Below, one piece after another: positions 38,746 through 50,300 of a stretch of DNA of 64,000 nt; position 1 is the first letter of the stretch, and each line of letters begins with the position of its first letter. The notes beneath the pieces were generated by a model. It had not been told where the DNA came from and did not search any database. It saw nothing but the letters and a program-made list of their open reading frames with translations. The stretch comes from Mobula hypostoma (Eukaryota): contig NC_086108.1 in NCBI RefSeq assembly GCF_963921235.1, forward strand, positions 69,256,001-69,320,000, in the 5' to 3' direction. The translations under genes and the position numbers were made by a program.

Positions 38746-40679
38746 GTAATTTACATTAGAGGTATTTAGGATGTTTGTTTATGCTTTAAATATAAAACAT
38801 AAAAAGGTATAGGGAGGGGTTGAGCAAAAGCTCCTCCCAGTGTGAAACTGAAACTCTAGAAATCAATTTCTTGTAGATCGTTTCACACTATAATCCTCCA
38901 CATACCATATATCTGCCCTGCTAGTCCAGGTATTCAAGTTCAAGTTTATTGTCATTTGTCTGTACATACATACAACCAAACAACACTCCCCTGCACCACG
39001 GTGCTCATGTATCACACACAGCACATAAAACAAATCATTACCACAAATTGAGTTAATAAAATATAATTCAAAGTGCATGGAGTATGCAGCAGAAGTAAAC
39101 AGTAAATAGCTTGCTGTCCTAGTGACAAGCTCTCGATTGTGACACGGTGTCCATTAGTCTCACAGCCTGAGGGTAAAAGCTGTTACCCAGTCTGGTAGTC
39201 CTAGTCCTGATGCTCCTGCTCCTGATAGTAGTGGGTCAAATAGATTGTGGGATGGGTGGTAGGGATCCTCAACAATGCTTTGGGCCCTTCATCTACAACA
39301 CTCACAGTAAATGTTGCAAATAGTGAGGGAGGGAGACTCCGGTGATCAGGTGCTTTCCAACTGAAAAGTAAAATAATGTCATGGGACTGTCACTCAAAAC
39401 CACTTACACATATATACATAGTTAAATTTAAACTGACATTTAAAGATGCTTTGCAATACCTCATTACGAGGGAGGGGTGGGGGATGTTTGGGGAATGAAA
39501 TTAAGGAAAGCAAATAGAAAGGGAAAGCATAATTTTAAATATAGGTCAGGTCGGGTAAATGCACCACGAAGCATACAGAACAGAAAGATATCGGTTTGAA
39601 ACTCACAAAAGACAGAGATGATGAAATTAAGTGTTAAGCAGTCACAGTATAATCAGTACCATCGTTCCCAGGCTAGAAAAAGGCAAAAAAAAAATCACAT
39701 GGACTAGAAATTTATTTGCCTCATACAATATTTGTGCAGGTTACAAATTTAAGTTCTCCATTTAAGGACATACTGTATATTATACAAATGCAGCTTAACT
39801 GCTTGCTTCATGTATCATATACAATTCTAGATAGCTATTCCATGCCTGTGATATAGAATGACCAATGTTATTTAAGACATTGGCACACACAGATGACATA
39901 GGTCCTCGTGCAATGACCTCCAATTCAATGTGATGAATTTCCAAGAGCAATACAAGTTATACAAGCAATACAATTCTCTGCAACTTCTTTGGTTGTCAGA
40001 ACTGTGCTTGTGTACGCTATAGCCAATTGGTTTCTTAAACCTCCTCTGCCTTTTAATAAGATCACACTGGTCTGACTGCAATTGGACCTCCCATCTATTA
40101 ACAGTAATCTTTCATCCCTTTACCTGTCATAAATCTGTCCAGGTATGCACTAAAACATTCAGGCTCTTGATTCCATAATACTGCAGGGAAGAGTATTCCA
40201 AAGATTCACATCTCAGAGGGAAAAAATTGACCTCATCTTTACAAGATGAGTGTTACCTTAAACACTCACACCTAGTTCCATGTTCTCTCACAAGGAAACA
40301 CCTTCTGCACGTTTTCAATCAACTCCCTCTCATTCTTCTAAACTATGGCAGTTACAGACTTAGCCTGTGCAACCTTTCCTGATATGACGACTACTAGTAT
40401 AAGTTTTATTGGTCTAGTAAAACTTATCTGGGTTGCTTCCAATGCATTAGCATACTTCCTAAATATGGAGATCAGAATCAGAATCAAATATGGAGACCAG
40501 TACCAAAAACAGTGCTGACATAGTCTCACCTGTTTCCTATATAACTGAAACATAATCTCCTTACTTTTATATTCAATTATCCTGCGCACTGGGATAACTG
40601 ATTCCTCTGTATCTTCAGAGCCATGCAATTCCTCTACATTTAGATAATATTTCATTTTTATTTTTCTGGCCATTCTTTT

Positions 40680-42300
40680 TCCGGTCACAGGCCATGTTCA
40701 TCTGTCCTGTTTCTGGCTTAGGCGGGAAATTAGTTGGTCTTTTCACTCCCTTCTGGACAAATGCTGCTGGTGTCAGAGCATTAGTTGTTCTAGGAGGCAA
40801 GGAGTTGGTTGCTATCCTGTTGGCCTCAATCGCCACTGCCAGACTCTTCAAGCTTGATTGTGATGCCATGTGTATCTGCCTTGTATGAGGCTGGATTTGC
40901 AGTTTGCCAGGATATGCTTGAGGGTTGCTGGACTCGGGCACAGGGCACAAGTTGGGTCCTCACAAAACCACTGACGGAGGATTTTTGTGAGGGAAGCACA
41001 TCACATGTAGCTCTGATGAGAAAGCCAAGTCTGATTGCTTCCATCTCCCATATGTCCTTCCAGCTGATTTTCCTCCTCTCAATACTTTCCCACTGCATCC
41101 ATTGCCCCTGCTTAACCAGGGAGACAGCCTTTAAACTTCTGTCTACCTCTCCTTGTCGCCATTCTTCCTTGACAACCATCTTCCTTCGCTTTGGAATTGT
41201 AGCCTTGTGCCAGGTGATCACTTGCTGCCAGATCAAATCCACCCTGTCCTGTTAGACTTGCCCCACAGTGTCTCAATACCTAAGGACTGCTGTTGCTTGC
41301 TGCAGCATATCAGCTGGGGTCCATTTATGCCCAGTTGATAAGGTGCGAGCAGTGTTACTGATGATCTTGTCACGAGAGTCTTTGAGTCTCATCTGTCGAC
41401 ACACCTTCGAACACTTTAATTCCTCTGTATGGCCGGTGAAAGGTAATTCAAGGACTCCTTTATGGTAACCGATGTTACTGATGGGACACCGAGTCATTTC
41501 TTTACGAACAATGTGATGGTTCACTCGAGCTCTTCACGGTTGTTGATAGGACCTTGTAGACAGTGAGTGGCCACATCACCCGGGGTAGGAGTCCAAACTG
41601 TAACACCAGAGCTTCAACCTCCCGGACAGCATGGTCTTGTCAATGTTATCCAGGCCACTGGTGATGTGTTGCTTTAGTTGCTGCGCCTCCTCTTTGTCAT
41701 GAAGCTGGCATCGTACCATCTACCCAGGCTTTTGACAGGCCGTTCAGACACTGTTGGAAATGGGTCATCACCAATGAAGAATTTTATGTCTTTCAGCATC
41801 CCCTTGACTATGGAGATGCTTCGTGACTTGCTGGGTTTGATTTCCATTCTGGCCAACTTGATGTTTTCCTGCAGCTTTCCAAGTAGTCGCTTGGTGCATG
41901 CTACAGTAGTAGTTGTTATATTGCCCATGTATGCCCTAATAGGGGGAAGACAAAGTCCAGCACTTGTTCCCTCACTGCCTATCACCCATCTTGAAGCCCT
42001 GATAATGACCTCATGGCCATTGTGAAGGCCGGGGTGATATAGTGCAACCTGCCACAATGCCTCCTTCCAGTCCCTGCCATGTTGCTGTAAAATCTGCTGT
42101 TGTGAAGCACAATTGCAGGTCCTGACAGTACAGTACAACATCATCAGCACTGTGGTGGGCTCTGGTATCTGGAAGAAATCAAATGCTTTCTGGTGGGGTG
42201 CATGGGGAGTTGAGCCAAATGCATTGGTGAGGTTCAGGAAAGTCACAGATTTCTTTTGTCCTTTTGTCCTAGCTGCTTGGATCTGGTGCCATAAGGGATG
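40680..42300 (-). mobile_element. Second, more decayed HERO-like retrotransposon
   Basis: FLNLTNAFGS, IKPSKSRSISI, VKSLGRWYD, RLGFLIRATCDVLPS. Confidence 0.85.
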
Positions 42301-43062
42301 GGCCATTCATAAATACAAAACTTAGAAAGCTTCCTGAAGTATGTTTATATCAGATGCTTGTGTAGTCAGATTGTTTTCTGCGCTTACAGAGAAATTATTT
42401 TGGGCATGAAAACAGCTGTTAGATCTATAGTTATAAAATATTTAATAGTTTCTACTGAAGAATCGGTTGTTGGCAGGAAATTTAATCAAAGTTCAAAAAA
42501 TTTTTAAGTTTGGAATGAACAAGAAAAAAATCACTCTGGTTGTGGGGAAAGAAATGATATCATCAATTTAAACGCATCACGCAAAGAATGTGGACTGTTA
42601 GAATATTTCCCCACAAGAAAGTTTAAGAGAGGCACAACTACTTCATTCAAGGGAAATATAGATAAATATTTGAAACAGAGGAAGATATGGTCTCATTTGA
42701 GACAGGATGTGAACTTTGACTATAACAGACATTAGTCCAATATGCCATAGTTCTTTGACTTCTCCTAAATTCTGGAAGAAATTATCATTCCCATCACTGA
42801 ACATTTTTATGGTGTAAATTTATCACCATCTGTCTCAACCTTGCTTCTGCAATTATACACCTACTTTATCATTACACCTGAGAGTGCATCATGCTGTCTT
42901 CAGGCAGCAAATTGTAATAGCATTTGATTCCAGTCACAAGTTATTTATGTCAAGCCGAAATTTTTCTCTCAAAGGTTTTAGTTTTGAAAAATAAAAGATA
43001 GAACAAAATAATTACTTACTTTGCCTAAAACTAAATTTTAAATTATATATACTTTTGTTTAG

Positions 43063-43823
43063 CTGCTGGAAAGAAACCCCCAGAAGACCATAACTCATGG
43101 GCGACCCAAGAACCAAACGAAGAGAAGACTCAGCCAACATCTGGAAACAGCTGTCCATGGAGTGGCCAAGCTGGTGTTCAGGATGAGGCCCCAAGTGAAT
43201 ATTTTGTTGACAGCATGCCATCAACTGACTGTGAAAGCAATGCAAATAAAAAATTACCACCCAGTTCCCGATCTGATTCAATAAAATCTCCAGTTTTAAA
43301 AGAAGATGACGATTTTGAAAGCACCAGTAGCTGCAGTTTGCCTGGCAATACATGGGAGATGCCAAGCCCAATGGCAAATGAGGACTTACTCGACAAAAAG
43401 CTTAATTATTTAGTGAGCATTGATAAACTGAAATCTACAACAGATAAAGAATTCCAAAAAGGTGACCTTCCTACACAGAAGGACTTCATAAATGAATACT
43501 GCTCAGAAACTCCTTCGCAAGCCCTTCTGCAGTACAACCACGATTGTGATACAAGTAGTCAGTCTTCGGATAGTTGTTGTTCATGTGCTGAACAATCAGC
43601 ATATTGTGCTCTAAATAACATTTCTTTACAAGACAACTGTGATACCCTTGTTTTCATTCCAAGGAGACCAACAGCCAGTAATCTACAACAAGAGTGCGCA
43701 GTACAGGGTTCCAGCACTGAAGATTCACATGTAAAGGAGCAAAAACTAGTCCTCCCTCGGCATACCAAGAGTGGTGCAGTCATTTATCGACTTAGTGATC
43801 CTGCAGCTGAATTCAAAGACTAG
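43063..43823 (+). CDS. Terminal coding exon F: Ser/Asp/Glu-rich cytoplasmic tail
   Basis: acttttgtttag acceptor, phase 1. 761-nt open frame (contains ORF 43215-43823) ending in TAG. No repeat-like content; followed by an AT-rich UTR. Confidence 0.82.
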
Positions 43824-43955
43824 TTGTAAAGTGGTAGGTCACTGAATCACTGAACTGATTGGAATGGTGCAAGAGATCCATTTTACTTATTTAGACTTTA
43901 TCAATGGCAATGAAGACAAAATATAAAATAATTTTATAATTTCATTCTTTATAAA

Positions 43956-43961
43956 AATAAA
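43956..43961 (+). promoter_or_regulatory. Candidate polyadenylation signal of the host gene
   Basis: AATAAA about 130 nt after the stop codon, with T/GT-rich sequence downstream. Confidence 0.5.
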
Positions 43962-44159
43962 ATGTTTACTGATGTTTCTATTTTGTCAAAAAATAGACAA
44001 GACGTGTTCTTGTACAGTATGTGTATGTTATGGATTCTGGTACCCAGAAATCAACTGAATGGTGAATTTCCTCTTTTAACAAAGAATGGCAGTATCTGTA
44101 TTTTCTTCTCAACCAATACCTAATTGATTATTGCATCTTGCATATTGCATCTGAGAACA

Positions 44160-44500
44160 AAACCAGGGCTGGGACTCCAGTGCAGAAGAGAGAGAGAGCC
44201 ACATTGTTAGTGGTCATCCTTCAGATGAGACGATAAAAAGTACCCTGTCTGCTCTGCTTGATGAACGTAATGATCCCGTTGAGTTACTTTGGAGAAGATC
44301 AGAGTGTTCTCAGTGTTTCAGGAATGATCTTTCCTTAACCACTATCACTAAAATAACTGATGTTTTTTTCTGAGAGCTTATATGTAAATTGACGATCATA
44401 ATTTCTGCAATACATCACTTCAAAGTACTTCACTGATATTAAATCACTTTGGAATCCTCCAAGGTTTTGAGAAGTCCTTTATAAATGTACGTTTTTCCTT
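44160..44500 (+). mobile_element. Ancient DeuSINE-like element
   Basis: ctccagtgcag...ccttcagatgagacgataaaa...ccctgtctgctc...gatccc resembles the Deu domain. Confidence 0.6.
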
Positions 44501-44899
44501 TATCAAAATCACACAGCTCAAAATGTTTCTAAACAGCCATTCCCACAATTTTATTAGTGTCTGTGCACAATGAATAAAATCTATTTGTAATTAGAAGAGG
44601 AACTTCACTTTTGCTATGAAAAGCAGAATCTGTATTTTAAATAGGTTTAACCTTAAATGTTTGGCAGCACTTAGGAATGCATTCTCTGAGAGCTGAGCTT
44701 TGTTCCAGGTTTTCAGCACATGCTCTGTGATACAGAAACAATGAAGCTACTGTGTGAAATTAACCCTAACCTTTTCAAGTAAATGTTTAAACCAATTTCT
44801 AATCAAATAATGTATTTCCATCTGCCCATTCCTCCCATTTTCGCTCTTCCTTATCCCTTGTCTTTTAGCTTGTAATCATATCTTCCTCTGCGGTCCTCT

Positions 44900-45760
44900 C
44901 TCAGGACCGTGAATGACCAGCTTCCACTTCAGTTTCATGGATTTTTGAGGTGACTGATAAGGGCAGTGTGAGACCTACAGACTCTGTCTCAGATAGGGTA
45001 GGGGTGTTTGATGGGGCAGCCATGTGGATAGGTTAAAGGCGATATGTTCTTTCCATCATTTACAGTAGGTTCTTGATGCATGGTCTCAAGGTTCTCAATG
45101 TCAACGTGATTGCACAGTCACTGCTCTGAGTAGTCATGGGCCATGGATTCTCAGGAGTTAGAAATAATGTTGCACTTTTTTGTTGAGGTTTTGAGAACTC
45201 CTTTGAATCTCTTCCTCTATCTCTGCCTGTAACCTGTTGTCTTCATAAAGCCCAGAATAAAATGTTTTGTTTTGAGAGTCTTGTATCAGGTGGACAAGCA
45301 ATGTGGCCTGTGCAAATCAAACCAAATGAATGCATTGATGGCTTTCTTGGTGGGAATGCTAGCGTGACAGAGAATTTCTTGTAGTTCATATCCTCCTGAT
45401 GGACTTAGAGCATTTTGCAGATGGAATTGGTGATATCCCCCTCGTTTGTGGAGGTGTTTGCTGTAAGTAATTCAAGTTTCAGAAACATGGAGGACAGTAA
45501 TTAGAGCTGCTCACTAGATCCTGAATTTTTTTGCTAGGTTTGAGATCTTGATCTTTAGACACCTTTCATTAGAAAGCTAAAGGCTGTGCTGGTGTACTGA
45601 AGACAGTGGTGAATTTCATCACTGGTTTTTCTGAGAGATGACTTCCAATATATCGAGAGTGGCCCACATTTGGCAGGATTTTGTTAGGATTTTAATGGCA
45701 TTAAAAAAAAAGCTTTAGGCTTATGCTCTTGTATACATTAAATTAATGAGGATACTGAGT
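44900..45760 (-). mobile_element. Decayed RTE-like LINE
   Basis: Weak resemblance to RTE 3' coding region; no intact ORF. Confidence 0.4.
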
Positions 45761-47335
45761 CTCTGAATGTGTGTCTACACAAGCACACCTGTGTACTATG
45801 GTTCTAATAATGAGATTAGTATAACCTTTGATCTGTGTGGTTGGGGCAGTTTCCGTTGTCTTACAGATCAGTTCCAGTACAGAGGAAAGCTTCTTGGAAG
45901 TGAAGCACAGCAAAGTGAACAAGTTTTATTTTTGTCGGGGCGGGGGTGATATATTTTTACTTGCCGCAGTCTGCAGTGATATTAGATCTGTTGTAGACCT
46001 ATTGGTTAAGATCACGGCTTGATCCTGAGGTGGATGCAAATTGAAGCTGAATTTCTGCCATCAGCCAAGTTTGAGGAGGCTGCCCCGGTCGCTCTTGGTT
46101 CAGAGTTAAAGACGATAGTGAGTCAAAAAAGGCCATCAACAGTGGATGGTGGTGCACCATGCATTTTACCTCCTTGTAGTTATCTCAGAATCAGAATGAA
46201 AATAAGATTTATTATCATGGATATGTATTGTGAAGTTTGTTATTTTGCAGCAGGTGTAGCGTGCAATACATAAAAATAAATAGTGCAAAAGAGAAATAAT
46301 GATGTATATGTAATTAACATTTCTTATCAGCCTCCTTACAAGAAATTATATGAAAACTGGATTTAGAAATTGTTTGGTGCTATTTTCTAAAAGGATTGCA
46401 ACTTTAAACAGTGTGGTGTAAGCATTCACACAGTAGTACAACACTCATGTAATATCATGGTGTTTCAGTAAGAAAATTTCTCATAATCACTGGCATTAAT
46501 GATACATACATCAACGCCAGCTACTGGAGAGGGATGATTATTTGGAAGTGACTGTTCTTCTGGAGAGCAGAAATTATAGGAAGATCAAAGAAATTGATTG
46601 ACCATTTTGCTCTCAAGAAGAATGTCCTTTGTTCAATGTGGCCAAGGCAAAGGCAGCCCTCAAGACTTAACTGTATGTGATATTGATAGATGTCCATATT
46701 AGCAACATAACCCACTATGCTGACCAGTGTCTCAGAAATATATATTGCAAAATTCATCAAGGCAAATTCTCACAACTTATGGCTCCCCCAGTGTATAACT
46801 TATTCACATAAACTGTTTTCATTACCTTTTCCCCATGTTCTGCTTGAACCCATTGCCCTCGGCCTAGTGTGACTCTCCCTTTGTTAGTCTTGGTGAGGTT
46901 CTGGAGCCTCTGAAGACAGACAAGCAATTTGGGTAACACCAGGTGTATGCACAGCTGTTACTTGTATTGTGCAACTAACTAGCAATGGAGAAATGGTTCA
47001 GCATTGCAAGATATTTCCTGTGACCTCTGGCTCTCAAACAATACACTCTCTTCTTGCCAAGGCACCCAAGCCTGCTTCCTTAATCAACAAACCAGTTTAC
47101 ACCTCACAGCCTGGAGCCAGCCTGTCAAAAGCATAAACACTTCAAGCATATTCCAGAGGACTTCTGTACCTCAGAGCCTGGAAGGGAGCCAAACCTCCAG
47201 CATCTTCTCATAACTAATGGTAGGGTTCCTAGATGTATGTGAAATTCCATAAAACTTAGAGCTATTGGTGGTGTGTGTCTTTTGATTAATTGTTCTGGTA
47301 ATTTTTCTTTGCAAGCAATTTGTAAATTTGTTGCA

Positions 47336-47617
47336 CAAACACGAGGAAATCTGCAGATGCTGGAAATTCAAGCAACACAAACAAAATGCTGGCGGAACAC
47401 AGCAGGGCAGGCAGCATCTATAGGAAGAGGTACAGTCGACGTTTCGGGCCGAGACCCTTCGTCAGGACTAACTGAAGGAAGAGATAGTAAGAGATTTGAA
47501 AGTGGGAGGGGGAGGAGGAGACCTGAAATGATAGGAGAAGACGGGGGGGGGGATGGAGCTAAAAGCTGGAAAGTTGATTGGCAAAAGGGATACAAGGCTG
47601 GAGAAGGGAGAGGATCC
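47336..47617 (-). mobile_element. Penelope-like pLTR fragment
   Basis: Reverse complement of about 4010-4278 at high identity. Confidence 0.85.
47433..47470 (-). ncRNA. Intact minimal hammerhead ribozyme motif
   Basis: Minus strand reads TAGTC-CTGACGA-AGGGtctcggCCC-GAAA-CGTC-GACTG: full core, helix I, helix II, palindromic ACGU and GUC cleavage triplet. Confidence 0.8.
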
Positions 47618-48279
47618 ATTTGTCATCTCATGCTGACTGAGGCAATTTAAGTGGCTATTAGATTCAGCTCATTGTTCATGTTGCTCTACTGGTTACTTTT
47701 GCATAACCAAGAGTCAGCTGGCTGCTTTGGAATGTTTGTGTAGCGATCACTTCACATGCCTGTATAAATGGATACAAACTCCACCCTGTCATATTGCATC
47801 ACAGAAGTAAAAAGTCCCATTCTTATGTGATGTTTATCCATTCTTCAGGAAATTTCACAGTTATTCAAATGAGAGGACAGTGAGTCATTTTGGGATGTGG
47901 ACGAAGATGCCATGTCATCAGGTTAAATGGAATTGCACAAGCTACTTTAGACTCTGCTATCAAAGAACTATCAGTGCTACGAGTTGCAACCCTACAGCAC
48001 AAGATAATCTTAGCGATAATAGCGGAGGTGTAAATGATTCATCAGTTTATGATGGTGACTTACTGTGGAGGCACGGTTTTTTTAGTAATTGAATATAAAG
48101 TGACATCCTGAAAGCTCGTCGCCAGTGAACATTGCCACTCTATTTTGTGGTTTTGCTGCAAGTTGTGAAACCTCAGAAATACAGTCTGTTTCAGGCCTTG
48201 CAGTTGCGAGACATATGCCATTCAGAAGTTACTGTTGGAAGAAGAATATCAAAACTTGGTCGAAAACAATAGGAAAGTT

Positions 48280-48990
48280 GCGCTTTTTTTAACAGCGAGA
48301 AATTAAAAGATGCCATTATTAGAGGGAACTGAGATACATAGTATCCTTATCCATTGAAAGTTAAATGAAGATTCAACAAGCAATTAATAGAGCACACAGC
48401 GTATTGGCCTTTATTGCAACAGCATTTGAGCGCAAGAGGAGAGATGTCTTGCTTCAATTATAGAGATCTCTGGTGAGATTCCATTCAAATATTATGTCAG
48501 ATTTGGTCTCCCTACATTAGGAAGTATATACTGACAAAAGAGTGAGTGCAGTGAAGGATCTCTGGGTTGATTTCTGGGTTGGCTCGTCTATTGAATGAGG
48601 AGAGGTGAAGCAAACTAAGCCTGTACTGTTGAGTTAGACAAATAAGAGATGATCTTATTGAAGATTACAAAGTTACTAAGGGACTTGACAAGGTAGATAC
48701 AAAGTTGATGTTTCCCTGGGCTGGACTGCGGGGAACCGGGATTCATAATCTCAAAATAAGGGTTTGGTCATTCATGTGATAAATGAGATATTTCTTTGCC
48801 CAGTGAATCATAAATCCTTGGAATTCCCTAACTAAGAAGCTCATTGACTGAAGACAGAAACAGGGGTTGATATATTTTAAAATATTAATGAAATAAAAGG
48901 TTAATACAGTGGTACAGTAAAGCAGCTGAGGTAAATACACCTATGACTTTACTGAATGGCAAAGCAGACAGAATTGCCTGTCTGATTCTA
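48280..48990 (+). mobile_element. Decayed CR1-type LINE 3' part
   Basis: Homologous to the other CR1 3' regions in the window. Confidence 0.7.
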
Positions 48991-49329
48991 TTTGTTATGT
49001 TCTTAGAAGTATTGAGATGGATGTATGTACTTGACGACATGCTCTTTTGCTGAGCGCCAGGACTTGAGTGTAGCTTGCAAACTATGATGTTTGGTATATA
49101 ATTGCACAGATAAATGTGCGAAAAAGTTTGCTTGACTGCGTTTTCAAATGAAACTGTAAGGATGCTGTGTTTAATATTTGATTAGCTAAAGCGCTGATGA
49201 TTTATACTTCTAACTAGATATTCCACTGAATCAGGAGGTAATTATTTGTGTTAGTAATGAATAAAGTGATTACATGTCTCATTTCTCAGTGATTGGTGTA
49301 CATTGTGTGAATACCCAAAGGGCAAAAGC

Positions 49330-50300
49330 CATGGATGAACTGGGAGATTCATAGTCTGCTGAGGGCTAGATCTGTGGCATTCAAGACTGGTGATATAGAA
49401 ATGGACAAGAAATCAAGGTATAACCTATGGAAGGCTATTTTAAAGGCAAAATAAAAACAATTTTGATTGAAGCTAGAGATGGAATTGGATGCACGTCAAC
49501 TCTAGCAGGGTTTGCAGGCCATTACTCCATACAAAGCAAAGCCTAACATCATGAATGGCTGTGATGCTTCACTCCCAGATGACCTCAGTGCCTTTTATGC
49601 ACGGTCTGAAAGAGAAAATAAAACTACAGCTGTGCGAATCCTTGGAGGAGGCACACATGAGTGAAATAAATCAGCTAGTTAAGTGGTGTCGAAACAACAC
49701 CTTGCACTCAAGGTAAGATCGTGGAATTGATTGTGGACTTGAGGAAGGGGAAGTTATTGAGGGATCAGATGTGGAAAGGGTGAGCAGTTTCAAGTTCCTA
49801 GCTGTCAACATCTCGGAGGATCTGTCCTGGGCCCAACATATTGGTGCCATTACAAAGAAGGCATGAATTTCATTCAGAGTTTGTGGAGAATTAGTATGTC
49901 ATGAAAGACACTCACGAGTTTCAACAGATGTACCATTGGGAATGTTCTAATTGGTTGCATCACAGTCTGACATGGAGGGTCCACTGCACATGATCGGGAA
50001 CCTGCAGAAAATTGTAAACTCTGCCGGCTCCATCATAGACACAAGCCTCCCCAGCATCCAAGACACCTTCAAAAGGTGATACCTCAAAAAAGGTGGCAGC
50101 CATCATTAAAGACCCCATCACTCAGCACATGCTGTCTTCTCATTGGAACTATCAAGGAGGATAAAGAAGAGATGCACTCAATGTTTTTGAATAGCTTCTT
50201 CCCCTCTGCAGCCAGATTTCCGAATAGACAATGAACCCATGAACACTTCCACAGTATTTTTCCCTCTTTTTCTGAGCTACTTATTTAATTTAATTTAATT
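49330..50300 (+). mobile_element. Rex1-like LINE with internal deletion
   Basis: Homologous to 6520-6840 joined directly to post-RT sequence. Confidence 0.72.

Noticed and set aside
24571..43823. Assignment of the gene to DLK/Delta, Crumbs, neuregulin or cadherin families
   Set aside because: No diagnostic tail or domain motif was recognised, so no symbol is given.
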